DNA from: Deferribacterales bacterium
Lineage (GTDB): Bacteria; Chrysiogenota; Deferribacteres; Deferribacterales; Geovibrionaceae
Reading direction: 5' to 3'
Length of the DNA stretch: 58,351 bases
Assembly (NCBI GenBank): GCA_050253335.1
Contig: JBFWJG010000008.1
Coordinates: forward strand, 1-58,351
Shown in pieces: positions 19,008-28,603 of the stretch. Made by a program: the position numbers and the translations under genes. Under the pieces are notes generated by a model. The model had not been told where the DNA came from, did no database searches, and saw only the letters and a program-made list of their open reading frames with translations. Position 1 is the first letter of the stretch. Every line of letters begins with the position of its first letter.

Positions 19008-20189
19008 ATGAGAGCAGTGATTGACATCAACAGACACAAAGGTCTTTACATAATTTTTCTGGCGATGATAGGCGCCACTCCGCCTCTGGCCACTGACATG
19101 TATCTGGCGGCGATTCCCGTCATAGCCGATGAGTGGAACGTGGGGGAGCATCTGGTGAATCTTTCCCTTGTGCTTTGGTTTGCGAGCTTCAGCACATCTC
19201 TCCTTTTTTACGGCCCCCTTTCGGATAAGTTCGGCAGACGCCCGGTTCTTCTCGGCGGTTTGTTTATGTTCGTGCTCTCCTCCGTTTTGTGCACTCTGAG
19301 CGCGAATGTCTGGCAGCTTATAGGCTTCCGCATTTTGCAGGGAGCGGGCGCGGCCGCGCCTTCCGCCATGGTTATGGCGATATGCAGGGACAAATACTCG
19401 GGAGAGGAGCGCAGAAAGGCGCTTGCGTATCTGGGAACTGTTCTGGCTGTCGCGCCTATGGTGGCGCCTATGATCGGGGCTTTTCTTCTCAGTCTGGGTT
19501 CATGGAGATACATTTTCCTCACTCAGGCTGCTATGGTGGCATGCACATTCGCTGTTTCGTTCCTTTTTCAGGAAACAATTCAGGAAAGGTTCAGCGGGGC
19601 GTGGTACAAAGTGTTTTTCAGATACCGCAATGTGTTCTCCAACCGTAAGTTTATGCGTACAAACCTTACTCTGAGCGTTTCGGCGGGACCGCTTTACGGG
19701 TTCATTGCCTTTTCTCCCATATACTACATAGGCATAAACGGCTTTTCAGAGGCTAAGTTCAGCTTTCTCTTCGCGTTCAATGCATTCGGCGCCATGTTCG
19801 GAGCTTTTGTCTGCTCAAGGCTTCTGAAATACTTTAACCCGAATACGCTCATAACCTTTTGTCTGGGGGGCACTCTGTTTGCCGCCTGCGGTCTGTGGCT
19901 TCTGAGCTTTTCCGCATGGTACTTCTTCACCTGCTTCACATTCCTTACCACTTTCTTCATCTGCATGAACAGACCCCTGAGCAACAACCTCATAGTTGAG
20001 CAGGTGAGCACGGACATAGGTTCCGCCTCGTCATTCATGGTTTTCACACAGCTTATGTTCGGCGCACTGTGCATGTTCGCTGTTTCCGGCACACACGCCC
20101 ACAGGCTTGCGGTGTTTAACCTGCTGTTTGCCTCTGTTGCGGTTTTTGTGATGATAAACTGGATTTTCCTGAGAAAGCGCCTGTCCTGA
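19008..20189 (+). CDS. Bcr/CflA family multidrug efflux MFS transporter
   Basis: TDMYLAAIP, GPLSDKFGRRPVL, 12 TM pattern. Confidence 0.9.
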   Translation: MRAVIDINRHKGLYIIFLAMIGATPPLATDMYLAAIPVIADEWNVGEHLVNLSLVLWFASFSTSLLFYGPLSDKFGRRPVLLGGLFMFVLSSVLCTLSANVWQLIGFRILQGAGAAAPSAMVMAICRDKYSGEERRKALAYLGTVLAVAPMVAPMIGAFLLSLGSWRYIFLTQAAMVACTFAVSFLFQETIQERFSGAWYKVFFRYRNVFSNRKFMRTNLTLSVSAGPLYGFIAFSPIYYIGINGFSEAKFSFLFAFNAFGAMFGAFVCSRLLKYFNPNTLITFCLGGTLFAACGLWLLSFSAWYFFTCFTFLTTFFICMNRPLSNNLIVEQVSTDIGSASSFMVFTQLMFGALCMFAVSGTHAHRLAVFNLLFASVAVFVMINWIFLRKRLS

Positions 20190-20199
20190 AGGGTTTTAA

Positions 20200-20973
20200 T
20201 CAGCTTTCGAACTCGGCGGTTATTCTTTTTTCCTCCTCCGGAGTGAGGAGGATCGGCGGCATGAGTGAATCTGGCTTTATTTTTCTGGGATTTTTAATCC
20301 ATTTAATCAGTATTTCCCTGTTCCATCTTCCGCCTTCCGCCTTTACGGCATCCGCGGGGTAATATTCGCTGAACAGTCCGGAAAGGTTCGGTGCGGTGTT
20401 CCCATGCCCTGTACCGCCACTTTTGCGGGTAAGCAGTCTGTGGCATCCGCCGCATTTTTCATCGAAAGCGCTCTTTTTCCCCTGAGTTATGAAGACAACA
20501 TAAGGGGCTGTTCCCGAAACCTTTTTTGCGCTTCCGCCCGCATTAAGGATGTACCTGACGGAATCTTCGGCGGTTTTGTCGTTCATGCGGAAATCAGGCA
20601 TGTAGTCCGTGGGTTTCATCAGCTTGTCTTTCAGTGTTTCTGCGGTTTTGCGTCTGCTTTCGGTATCAAGGTCAGGGGCAATGTCATTACCCTTGCCCCC
20701 AATGATGTGGCATCTTCTGCAATGGGCGTTTTCTATGGTTTTTCCGCCGCCGGAGACAGCCTGACGGTTTATGATGAAGTCAGCGTATTTCTTTGTTATC
20801 AGCCCGCTGTGGGCTATGTTTTTCCTGCTTGTTTCACTGTTTCCCCTGTGGCAGACAGTGCATGAGCCTGTTTTCTCATAATGGGGCTTGTGGCACTTCA
20901 CGCACATGGACGCAAAGGCGGGGAAAGCAGGAAGGCTGAGAAAAATCAGAAGTAAAAGGGCACGAGCGACCAA
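20200..20973 (-). CDS. extS: Tetraheme c-type cytochrome, ExtS-like
   Basis: Signal peptide and four CXXCH motifs (CVKCH, CTVCH, CRRCH, CGGCH), PNLSGL, W..NPR..KP...MPP; resembles the Geobacter ext-operon cytochrome ExtS from recollection, not from a search. Confidence 0.7.
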   Translation of the reverse strand: MVARALLLLIFLSLPAFPAFASMCVKCHKPHYEKTGSCTVCHRGNSETSRKNIAHSGLITKKYADFIINRQAVSGGGKTIENAHCRRCHIIGGKGNDIAPDLDTESRRKTAETLKDKLMKPTDYMPDFRMNDKTAEDSVRYILNAGGSAKKVSGTAPYVVFITQGKKSAFDEKCGGCHRLLTRKSGGTGHGNTAPNLSGLFSEYYPADAVKAEGGRWNREILIKWIKNPRKIKPDSLMPPILLTPEEEKRITAEFES

Positions 20974-21971
20974 TTCTCACCTCTGAAAAACATTGCAACT
21001 GCCGTGAGCACAAGAACAGCCGCGCACAGAAACAGCGTGAACCCCCAGACGGGAGCATCTTTTTTCGCAAACCAGACGGCTGTTTCCGGCTGATATTTCC
21101 TGCGGAAATCAGGCAGAAAGAAATACAGGATAAACAGCACCGCAAAAGGATTGAACAGCCATGCCTTCCAGCTTACTATCTCCTGAATCCACAGCAGGAA
21201 CCACGCGCTTTTCGCGGGGTTCGGGGGGAGCGCCGGATCTGCCGGTTCCTCAAGGGGTGCGCCTGAGACAACTGCCAGCACAGCAGGCAGCGCCGCTGCC
21301 GCAGCCGCAATAACCCATGTGAGGTTAAAGAGATAGGGCTCGCTCTTTGTTTTTGTTCTGTCATCTTTCGGGTGCAGACCGCCGTCCCTGCGGACATTGT
21401 AAAGATGGGCGGATATGAGAAACACGCACAGAAGCGGAATGAGGGCTATGTGCATGGCGAAAAACCTTATAAGTGAGAGCCTGCCCCCGACATCGTCCGG
21501 CGTGAGCAGTCTGCGGATGAAATCGCCGAAGGGAAGGACATTTACAAGCTCCATCCCTGTTTTGGTCGCCCAGTATGAAAGCTGATCCATAGGAAGAAGA
21601 ACCCCTGTGTAGGCCTCAAACACCAGAAGACCGAAGAGGATATAGCCCAGCTTCCAGTTGGAAGGCCTGACAGCGTATGTTCCGGTGAATATGGTGCGCA
21701 CCATGTGCAGGGCAAGGGCAATGAGCAGTATGTGTGAGCTCCAGAGATGCATGGCGCGGATGAAACGCCCGCCGAAAACCTTCTCCTCAAGATGGATTAT
21801 TGATGAATATGCGGCTGTGCTTTCCGGTGAGTAGTAGAAGAGAAGCAGAACTCCCGTTACGCACAGGCTGAGAAAGAGAGCGGTTATCAGCCCGCCCATA
21901 AAGAGAGTTCCGTTAACTGCCGCTTTGCTGAATGTTTTGGGATATAGATGAACAAGATAGCGCTTTATCAC
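20946..21971 (-). CDS. Cytochrome b (b6-like N-terminal part fused to subunit-IV/ExtQ-like C-terminal part)
   Basis: Heme b His pairs RAMHLWSSHILLIALALH and FFAMHIALIPLLCVFLISAH; LPMDQLSYWA; C-terminal APLEEPADP..PPNPAKSAWFL. Confidence 0.88.
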   Translation of the reverse strand: MIKRYLVHLYPKTFSKAAVNGTLFMGGLITALFLSLCVTGVLLLFYYSPESTAAYSSIIHLEEKVFGGRFIRAMHLWSSHILLIALALHMVRTIFTGTYAVRPSNWKLGYILFGLLVFEAYTGVLLPMDQLSYWATKTGMELVNVLPFGDFIRRLLTPDDVGGRLSLIRFFAMHIALIPLLCVFLISAHLYNVRRDGGLHPKDDRTKTKSEPYLFNLTWVIAAAAAALPAVLAVVSGAPLEEPADPALPPNPAKSAWFLLWIQEIVSWKAWLFNPFAVLFILYFFLPDFRRKYQPETAVWFAKKDAPVWGFTLFLCAAVLVLTAVAMFFRGENWSLVPFYF

Positions 21972-22384
21972 GCGTTCACCTGTCTGAATACGGTTATCAC
22001 GCCGTCTGCGGTTTCTGTTCTGTATGTGTCAAGCCTGCGTTCAGCCGGGCCTTTTATCACTGTTCCGTCAAGGGCAAATATGCTTCCGTGGCAGGGGCAG
22101 GCGAACCTGTCGCCGTCGAGGGCTATTGTGCAGCCCAGATGGGTGCATACCAGTGACATTGCGCTCACAGCGCCGTCCATCCGCATCACGGCTATGTTTT
22201 TATCTGGAAAGATAACCGCTCCCCCTTCGGGTATGTCGGCTTCCTGAGCCTGGATCAGTATTTCTCCGCCTGAATTCTCAGGGGTGAGGAACCTGTAAAT
22301 AAACCAGAGGGAAAAGGCGGAAACGGTCAGTGCCGCAAGTCTGCCCAGAAATCCCCTTCTGGAGATGCTTTTTTGTTCTGTCAT
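21968..22384 (-). CDS. Rieske [2Fe-2S] protein of a Rieske/cytochrome b complex
   Basis: Tat motif SRRGFL plus TM helix; CTHLGC and CPCHGS. Confidence 0.93.
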   Translation of the reverse strand: MTEQKSISRRGFLGRLAALTVSAFSLWFIYRFLTPENSGGEILIQAQEADIPEGGAVIFPDKNIAVMRMDGAVSAMSLVCTHLGCTIALDGDRFACPCHGSIFALDGTVIKGPAERRLDTYRTETADGVITVFRQVNA

Positions 22385-22407
22385 TCAAGTTATCCCGAAA
22401 AAAATGA

Positions 22408-22436
22408 TGCCGCAGGCGGGGTTAACCGCCCGCGGC
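22408..22436 (-). terminator. Intra-operon hairpin between the NrfD gene and the Rieske gene
   Basis: GCCGCAGGCGG/CCGCCCGCGGC stem followed on the minus strand by ATCATTTTTTT. Confidence 0.5.
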
Positions 22437-22446
22437 TTTTAAGGTT

Positions 22447-23370
22447 TCAATATTGAATCATAATATAGTCGGTAAATTTCTGTGTGTAAACACCTGCGTG
22501 GAGTATGAGATGACGCAGGAAGTAGCCTCCGGCGAGGACAAGCAGTTCGAAGAAAACAAGCTTGCCTCCGCTGATGTGGAGTTTGCCCGCCTCAACAAAG
22601 GCAAAAACAAACGCCGGAACCACAAGCCCGAGAAGCACAAGGAACACCCAGAACTCAACGGCGAACTCTCCTGTGAGGAGCGCAAGGGCGGAGAACCTCA
22701 TTTCAGGCACACCCTGAAGGGCTATGAGCATCATGCCTATGAGCAGAAGGATCTCAAGCATTATCAGGTAGAAATGCGTGGTCTCTATTTTCGCCAGATG
22801 AGCCTCCTCCTTGAAGAAGAGCTCCTTCACCACCATAGCGCCCGAAATCCCCGTGGATGAGGCGGATATGATGAAGAGTATGGGCAGTGCTGTCTGGTGC
22901 CAGAAGGGGATTGCCTTGAGCACGCCGAGAAGAACCGCCGTGTAGCCCGCTGTGAGTATGCCCGTGATGATCAGAGACCATCTCATAAAGCCGCTTGCGG
23001 CTATGGGTTTGAATATTTTCAGAATACCCAGTTTATCGAGAATGCCGAGGTTATAAGCACCGTAGACCAGCGAAAGTATTGTGAAGATAGTAAGTATAAG
23101 CGTACCCCACATGATCGCAGATGTCGGGTTAACAAACAGCAGCGCAAGGAGCCACGGCTTGTACATCCCCTGACCGAGGTCGATGTAAAGGAAGAATATA
23201 CCTATGGAAACAAGGGGCATGCCTATCACGCTTGCCGCTTTTATGAATGATATATATTTCTGTCTGTCGTACATATCCGCGAGGGAGGCGACAACTATGG
23301 AGCCCGCACCCACACCCGCGAGGAACAGATAAACCGCTATGTACCAATGGAAGCCTGTCTGAAATTCCAT
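22447..23370 (-). CDS. nrfD: NrfD/PsrC family membrane anchor (quinol oxidase subunit)
   Basis: W.IAVYLFLAGVGAG, DLG, S.IMWG, YTAVLL...IPFW, GGYFLR; about 8 TM. Confidence 0.92.
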   Translation of the reverse strand: MEFQTGFHWYIAVYLFLAGVGAGSIVVASLADMYDRQKYISFIKAASVIGMPLVSIGIFFLYIDLGQGMYKPWLLALLFVNPTSAIMWGTLILTIFTILSLVYGAYNLGILDKLGILKIFKPIAASGFMRWSLIITGILTAGYTAVLLGVLKAIPFWHQTALPILFIISASSTGISGAMVVKELFFKEEAHLAKIETTHFYLIMLEILLLIGMMLIALQGVPEMRFSALALLTGEFAVEFWVFLVLLGLVVPAFVFAFVEAGKLHISGGKLVFFELLVLAGGYFLRHLILHAGVYTQKFTDYIMIQY

Positions 23371-23379
23371 TTTGTCCTC

Positions 23380-23958
23380 CTACTTCTGGATGTAATAAAT
23401 GTTCGGCTCAGTGCCCAGATCCCTGCGGAGGGTCCAGACTCTGTACCTGTTGTCAGCGGCATCCTTCAGAGCCTTTGAGATCTCGCTTTCGGGATCGTTT
23501 ATATCGCCGAAGACTCTTGCCCTGCCCGGGCATGTGGTGACACAGGCGGGCATGAGGCCGTCATATATTCTCGGCAGACAGAAGGTGCACTTGTCCGCAA
23601 CGCCCAGTTCATTGTTGAAGAACCTTGCGTTGTAGGGGCAGGAGGGGATGCAGTAGCGGCAGCCCACGCATTTGCGGTTGTCGATGTCCACAACCCCGTC
23701 CTCTCTTTTGTGGCTTGCCTTTGTGGGGCATACCGTAACGCAGGGTGCATCGTCGCAGTGATTGCACTGATGCGGAAGGAAATGCATGCTGAGCCTTTCC
23801 GTTGCCGCGGGGGCTATGCCTGTGTCTATATGCGTGCGGAAATCGTTCTCCGGAACCTGCCACTCAGCCTTGCACGCTACCATGCATGCTTTGCAGTCCA
23901 CGCATCTGTCCACTATGTATGCCATTGCGAATTTTTTTGTTTTATCTGCTGTGCTCAT
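23380..23958 (-). CDS. psrB: 4Fe-4S electron-transfer subunit (PsrB/PhsB type)
   Basis: CVDCKACMVAC, CNHCDDAPCVTVCP, CVGCRYCIPSCPY, KCTFC, PACVTTCP; ATG 23958 after GAGGAG. Confidence 0.9.
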   Translation of the reverse strand: MSTADKTKKFAMAYIVDRCVDCKACMVACKAEWQVPENDFRTHIDTGIAPAATERLSMHFLPHQCNHCDDAPCVTVCPTKASHKREDGVVDIDNRKCVGCRYCIPSCPYNARFFNNELGVADKCTFCLPRIYDGLMPACVTTCPGRARVFGDINDPESEISKALKDAADNRYRVWTLRRDLGTEPNIYYIQK

Positions 23959-23971
23959 ATCAGGCTCCTCC

Positions 23972-26173
23972 CTAAGCGATCTCAATTTTCACGAAGCCGT
24001 TGTGAAAGCCTGCGGCGCCGCTTATGGGGTCTGTGAGGTCGGAGGTGAAGTCCGATGTTCTGGCTCCCTTGCCGGCTATCCTTGTGAGCCCTTTTGATTC
24101 ATGACCGAAGCCGTAGGGGAGGAATACCGCCTGCGGATGGATGTAGTCCACAACCTTTGCTGTACATGGGTTGCTTTTGAATCCTTCCTTAACAAGGCGC
24201 ACCTGCATTCCGTCTTTTATTCCCAGCGCCTTGGCTCTTTCGGTGTGAATCCACAGGGGCACTTCGGACTTATGAAGCGCAAGGAGCCATGCGTTGTTCT
24301 GCGTGCGCGCGTGGGTGTGGAAGCTTATTCTGCCGAAAAGAAGCCTGAACTCGCCTTCCGCCGGAACGGGGTTTTCCTCGTATGACGGCATGGGGGGGTA
24401 TGAAAAATGCTCGGCAAGGTTGCTGTAAAACTCGGCTTTGCCTGAAGGAGTTCTGAAAGAGGGTTCCTCTTCGTAGTCCTCCACAGGGTAGGGGGAGCTT
24501 TCGTTGCCTATGAATATGCCGTTTTTCTTCATATATTCCTCGTCAACGCCGAGGGATTCGAATGCCTGTCTGTTGTACTCGCTTATGTCCATGAACTTGT
24601 TTTCATAGCCCATGGTTTCAAGGAGTCTGCTTACCATATCCCAGCTTCCGAGAGTTTCAAAAACGGGATCGACAGCCTTTTCCCTGTACTGCACAAAACC
24701 CGCTCTGCGCCCTGTGGTGATCACAGGCTCAGTGCGCTCAAGGTAGGTGGATTCGGGAAGAATAACGTCGGAGTACCATGCGGTGTCCGTCATGTAGATT
24801 TCGCATGTTACTATCAGTTCAGTGTTTTCTATAGCTTTTCTGACAGTGTCTGTATTCCCGTGGTGGTGCAGCGGGTTGCAGCCGTATATAAACATTCCTT
24901 TAAGCGGGGAGGACTGTTCGGCTATGGCCTTGATTGTTCCGTTGGAAAAACCGAGGTTTTTGGGCCCGAGGGGGAAGTTCTCTCCGCCTGCGCCGTCTGC
25001 TCTGTCTGCGTAGGGTTTATCATACTCAATCATTGAAGGCGCATCGTATTTGAAGCCTATGGTACGGTAAAGACCGCCCCTTACCTCCCAGTTGCCCAGA
25101 AGCATGTTGAGACATGCCACAATTCTGGTGAACTGAGTGTCGTTTCCGTATCTGGTGAGCCTTCTGCCCGGGTGGACATAAGAGCGCGGAGCCGCTTTGC
25201 AGAGCTTTTCCGCAGCCTTTATGATCTCTTCCTGCGGGATTTCGGTTATCTGCGAGGCCCACTCAACTGTGTAGCCCGCCACATGCTTTCTGAACTGTTC
25301 AAAGCCGTAAGTGTAGCTGTCCACAAAGTCTTTGTTATAGATCTCTTTTTCTATTATGTAGTTAATCATGCCGAGAAGCAGAGCGGAGTCTGTTCCGGGT
25401 TTAATCATCATGTACTGGTTGGCCTTCGCCGCTGTTTTTGTGAAGCGGGGGTCAACATAGATTACGTGCGCGCCCTTTGCGACACCTTCCACAAAGTCCT
25501 GCATTTCGCCCACATGAAGCGCCTCGACTATGTTCCTGCCGAGCAGCATCATGCATTTTGAGTTCTGTGAGTCGACAGGCTCTTTGCCGCCCACAGGCTT
25601 TCCGAAGGAGAGCGCCCAGCCGATGTCGCGGCTGCCGGTACACTGTGAATATGAGGGCACGCATATGTTGGGTGAACCCATTATTTCCATCATCTGGATA
25701 AACGGATCCTGTCCTGAACCGTGGCAGAAAAGGCTGAAAGTTTCGGGGCCGTACTTTTCTTTAAGTTCGTTTGTTTTCTGTGCGACATAGGCTATGGCTT
25801 CTTCCCATGTGGCTTTTCTGAATTTGCCTGAGCCTCTTTCCCCGTCTCTGATCAGCGGGGTTTTAAGCCTGTCCGGATCATAGAGCTGAAAAACGCCTGC
25901 GTTCCCTTTCGCGCAGAGCTTGCCGTAGTTGCTGGGGCAGTCGGGCTGACCTTCCAGTTTTCTCACTTTTCCGTTGACCACTTTGGCTGTAAGCCCGCAT
26001 TTCCAGAAGCACATTTCGCACCAGTTCTGTGCGTATGTCACTCCCTGCTGGGGTTCCGCAACTGCGGATGAACCGCCGGTGAGCAGACGGAAAGATGACA
26101 TGGACGCTAATGCCGCGCCCACTGAAGCCGTTCCCTGAATAAAACGTCTCCGGGAGATTCTGCATTTTGTCAT
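23972..26173 (-). CDS. psrA: Mo-bisPGD oxidoreductase catalytic subunit, polysulfide/thiosulfate/selenite reductase (PsrA/PhsA/SrrA) clade
   Basis: Tat signal SRRRFIQ, FS0 cluster CEMCFWKC...LCAKG, putative Cys Mo ligand in SQCTGSR, DVILPESTYLER, HTHARTQNN. Confidence 0.85.
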   Translation of the reverse strand: MTKCRISRRRFIQGTASVGAALASMSSFRLLTGGSSAVAEPQQGVTYAQNWCEMCFWKCGLTAKVVNGKVRKLEGQPDCPSNYGKLCAKGNAGVFQLYDPDRLKTPLIRDGERGSGKFRKATWEEAIAYVAQKTNELKEKYGPETFSLFCHGSGQDPFIQMMEIMGSPNICVPSYSQCTGSRDIGWALSFGKPVGGKEPVDSQNSKCMMLLGRNIVEALHVGEMQDFVEGVAKGAHVIYVDPRFTKTAAKANQYMMIKPGTDSALLLGMINYIIEKEIYNKDFVDSYTYGFEQFRKHVAGYTVEWASQITEIPQEEIIKAAEKLCKAAPRSYVHPGRRLTRYGNDTQFTRIVACLNMLLGNWEVRGGLYRTIGFKYDAPSMIEYDKPYADRADGAGGENFPLGPKNLGFSNGTIKAIAEQSSPLKGMFIYGCNPLHHHGNTDTVRKAIENTELIVTCEIYMTDTAWYSDVILPESTYLERTEPVITTGRRAGFVQYREKAVDPVFETLGSWDMVSRLLETMGYENKFMDISEYNRQAFESLGVDEEYMKKNGIFIGNESSPYPVEDYEEEPSFRTPSGKAEFYSNLAEHFSYPPMPSYEENPVPAEGEFRLLFGRISFHTHARTQNNAWLLALHKSEVPLWIHTERAKALGIKDGMQVRLVKEGFKSNPCTAKVVDYIHPQAVFLPYGFGHESKGLTRIAGKGARTSDFTSDLTDPISGAAGFHNGFVKIEIA

Positions 26174-26400
26174 GGATTCCCTCGTTTTGAAGTTTATATG
26201 CGAATTAACGCATGTTTGAACTTTAAATAAACATTAACTGTAGATTAGTTCCGTGAGTAAAAAGTGTCAATAAAAAGTGACAAAAAAATCACTATTGGCG
26301 CGGGTGATAGGTGAGATTTGATGAACCTATCAATTGCTTCTATATTTCGTGTTTTAACAAAATAATTGACTCTCCTATATATATAATATATAGAAATTGC

Positions 26401-26715
26401 ATGGCATTGAGAGATCTTAACGACAAAGAACTTGAAGAAGTACTGGGAATATTCAAAGCGCTTTCCAATCCTGTGCGCCTGCGCATAGCCAAAATGGTGT
26501 GTGAAAGACCCAGATACGGGTATGAGATCGAAGAAGCCTTCGACTGTGAAAGAACCAACATTACAAAGCATATTAATCTGATGAAGGACGCCGGACTGCT
26601 GAAAGCGTACAAAGAAGGGAGAAAAACACTTTTTGTTCTCCAGACCGGCTACATTAAGAACAGCCTTCTTGGATGCGTTGACCACGACAAGCTGATTGAA
26701 AACTCAAAAGCTTAG
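26401..26715 (+). CDS. ArsR/SmtB family transcriptional regulator
   Basis: FKALSNPVRLRI, wHTH (ITKHINLMKDAGLL...KEGR); three Cys; divergent from psrA. Confidence 0.9.
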   Translation: MALRDLNDKELEEVLGIFKALSNPVRLRIAKMVCERPRYGYEIEEAFDCERTNITKHINLMKDAGLLKAYKEGRKTLFVLQTGYIKNSLLGCVDHDKLIENSKA

Positions 26716-27017
26716 TGATTTTATAGGTTTTTTTACAGACTGAGGTATTTCTTTTTTCTATAGGGCTGCATCTTTTTCAGCACTGAAATAGCATCCAAAA
26801 TCCGTCCTCCTCCGATCATCCTTTCTGTTCCCGATTTTACAGGGCATTTCGCATCACATCGGCTGAAAAGTTTTCTGTATCCTGATTCCGGTCTGCATCT
26901 TTTTTTTGTCCGTTTTATCAGTCCCATATGAAATATTAGTGAAAAAATAATCACACACGTGTTGACGCCCGCCGAAACAGCCGTATATACTTGTTTATGT
27001 TTATTCGGAGGTGTTTT

Positions 27018-27503
27018 ATGAAGAAGGTTTTAGTTGCCGCCGCCGCTCTCTCGGCGCTGCTCCTGAGCTTCACGGCATATGCCGCGGCTCCTGAGAATCT
27101 GGCCAAGGTGCGGGATGCAAAACTCGCGGAGGCAAGAAAGGCGATTACCGAGGTTTCCCCTGCTGAGGTGGCGGAAATGGCGGCGAAAGGCGAGTCTTTT
27201 GTGATTCTGGATATCAGAGAGGCAGACGAGCAGGGGATGGTTATTGCTCAGGGAACACTCAAAAAAATCCCCAGAGGGCTTCTTGAATGGGTGGCGGCAG
27301 GTCAGCTCGATGCTGATGACAAAATTGTGGTCTACTGCAAAACAGGTGCGCGTGGTGCTTTTGCAACCCAGCTTCTGAACGAGCTCGGCTACAAAAACGC
27401 GGTAAATATGAAAGGCGGCATAGTCGGCTGGCTTGAGGCCGGATACGCGGTGCAGACGTACATAGGCGAGATAAAGCCTTCCGACTACAAGTTTTCCAAC
27501 TGA
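27018..27503 (+). CDS. Exported single-domain rhodanese (sulfurtransferase)
   Basis: Signal peptide ending AYA, LDIRE, active-site loop YCKTGAR, MKGGIVGW; GGAGG RBS. Confidence 0.92.
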   Translation: MKKVLVAAAALSALLLSFTAYAAAPENLAKVRDAKLAEARKAITEVSPAEVAEMAAKGESFVILDIREADEQGMVIAQGTLKKIPRGLLEWVAAGQLDADDKIVVYCKTGARGAFATQLLNELGYKNAVNMKGGIVGWLEAGYAVQTYIGEIKPSDYKFSN

Positions 27504-27509
27504 TTTAAA

Positions 27510-27538
27510 CGGGCGGTCGAAAACAGGCCGCTCTTTTT
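27510..27538 (+). terminator. Rho-independent terminator after the rhodanese gene
   Basis: GGGCGGTC...GGCCGCTC followed by TTTTT. Confidence 0.55.
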
Positions 27539-27832
27539 GTTTTCATGCTTATTTGTGAGTTTTTTATAACTTATTTGCCCGCTATGTTTATTTCGGCTGT
27601 TTTATCTCCCTGAGGGGACAGATTCAATTTCTCTATTGGTATTAGTAATTAACTATCAGTTAGCTATGATTTCACCTGTGTAATGCTTTCCGGACTGCTT
27701 TATTCTGACCTAATCCGCATGGTTAATTTTTCATTAACAGTTTCCCTCTCTGAGAAAAAAAGTCAGTTATTGTATTGCACGGGAGTTTAATCACGTTATA
27801 ATCATCATACGATAAAGATTAAGGAGGGAAAA

Positions 27833-28351
27833 ATGATAGAACTGCTCAGAAAAAGACGAAGCGTAAGAAAATATACAGATACACCGATTGAGAAAGAGAA
27901 AAGAGATATTCTTTCCGAAGCTCTTCTCCGCTCTCCCAGCTCCAGAGGCAGAAACCCGTGGGAATTTATACTCGTTGACGACAGAGGAACAATAGCCAAG
28001 CTTTCCGAAGCGAAAAAGCACGGTTCCGCCTTCGCGAAAGGTGCTCAGCTTGTGTATGTTATCACAGGGGACAGGGATGTGAGCGATATGTGCATTGAAG
28101 ACTGCTCAATAGCGGCAGCCACTCTGCACTACACAGCCGCCTCCCTCGGCCTCGGAAGCTGCTGGATTCAGCTCAGGGAGAGGGAAAAGGACGACAGAAC
28201 AAAATCCGAGGATTATGTGCGCAGGCTTCTGGGCATTCCGGACAGCTACCTTGTGCTCGCTATGGTCGCAGTCGGATATCCTGCGGAAAATCCCGAGCCT
28301 CATCCTGACAACTATATGCAGAAAAACAAGATACGCCTCAACAGGTTTTAG
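27833..28351 (+). CDS. Nitroreductase family flavoprotein
   Basis: RRSVRKY, SPSS.G.NPW.F, LGLGSCW, VGYP. Confidence 0.93.
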   Translation: MIELLRKRRSVRKYTDTPIEKEKRDILSEALLRSPSSRGRNPWEFILVDDRGTIAKLSEAKKHGSAFAKGAQLVYVITGDRDVSDMCIEDCSIAAATLHYTAASLGLGSCWIQLREREKDDRTKSEDYVRRLLGIPDSYLVLAMVAVGYPAENPEPHPDNYMQKNKIRLNRF

Positions 28352-28402
28352 CGGAGAAAAACCGGCAGTAAATCCTGCGGGGCATCCTCTGCCCCGCTTA
28401 AT

Positions 28403-28603
28403 CTACTGTTTTTTACGCAGTTCCGTGACGGATTCCCCGCCAACTCCCCAGTTGTCTGTCTCCACCTCGTCTATTATGACGAAGGTTGTTTTCGGGTTTT
28501 TGCCCAGAACATCAACAAGCAGATCCGTCACTCCCTTTATGAGCTTCTCCTTCTGCTCCTTTGTGGCTCCTTCCCTTGTTATCCTGATATTTACGAACGG
28601 CAT
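28403..28603 (-). CDS. 4-oxalocrotonate tautomerase family protein
   Basis: Catalytic Pro-1 (MPFVNI), EQKEKLI.GVT, NWGVGG. Confidence 0.93.
   Translation of the reverse strand: MPFVNIRITREGATKEQKEKLIKGVTDLLVDVLGKNPKTTFVIIDEVETDNWGVGGESVTELRKKQ

Noticed and set aside
23972..26173. Selenocysteine recoding in the molybdoenzyme (also considered for hybC and the rhodanese)
   Set aside because: The frames are open with Cys at the ligand positions and no in-frame TGA is needed
26318..26333. FNR box TTGAT...ATCAA upstream of psrA
   Set aside because: Spacer is 6 nt instead of 4; better explained as part of the TGATAGGT/ACCTATCA inverted repeat
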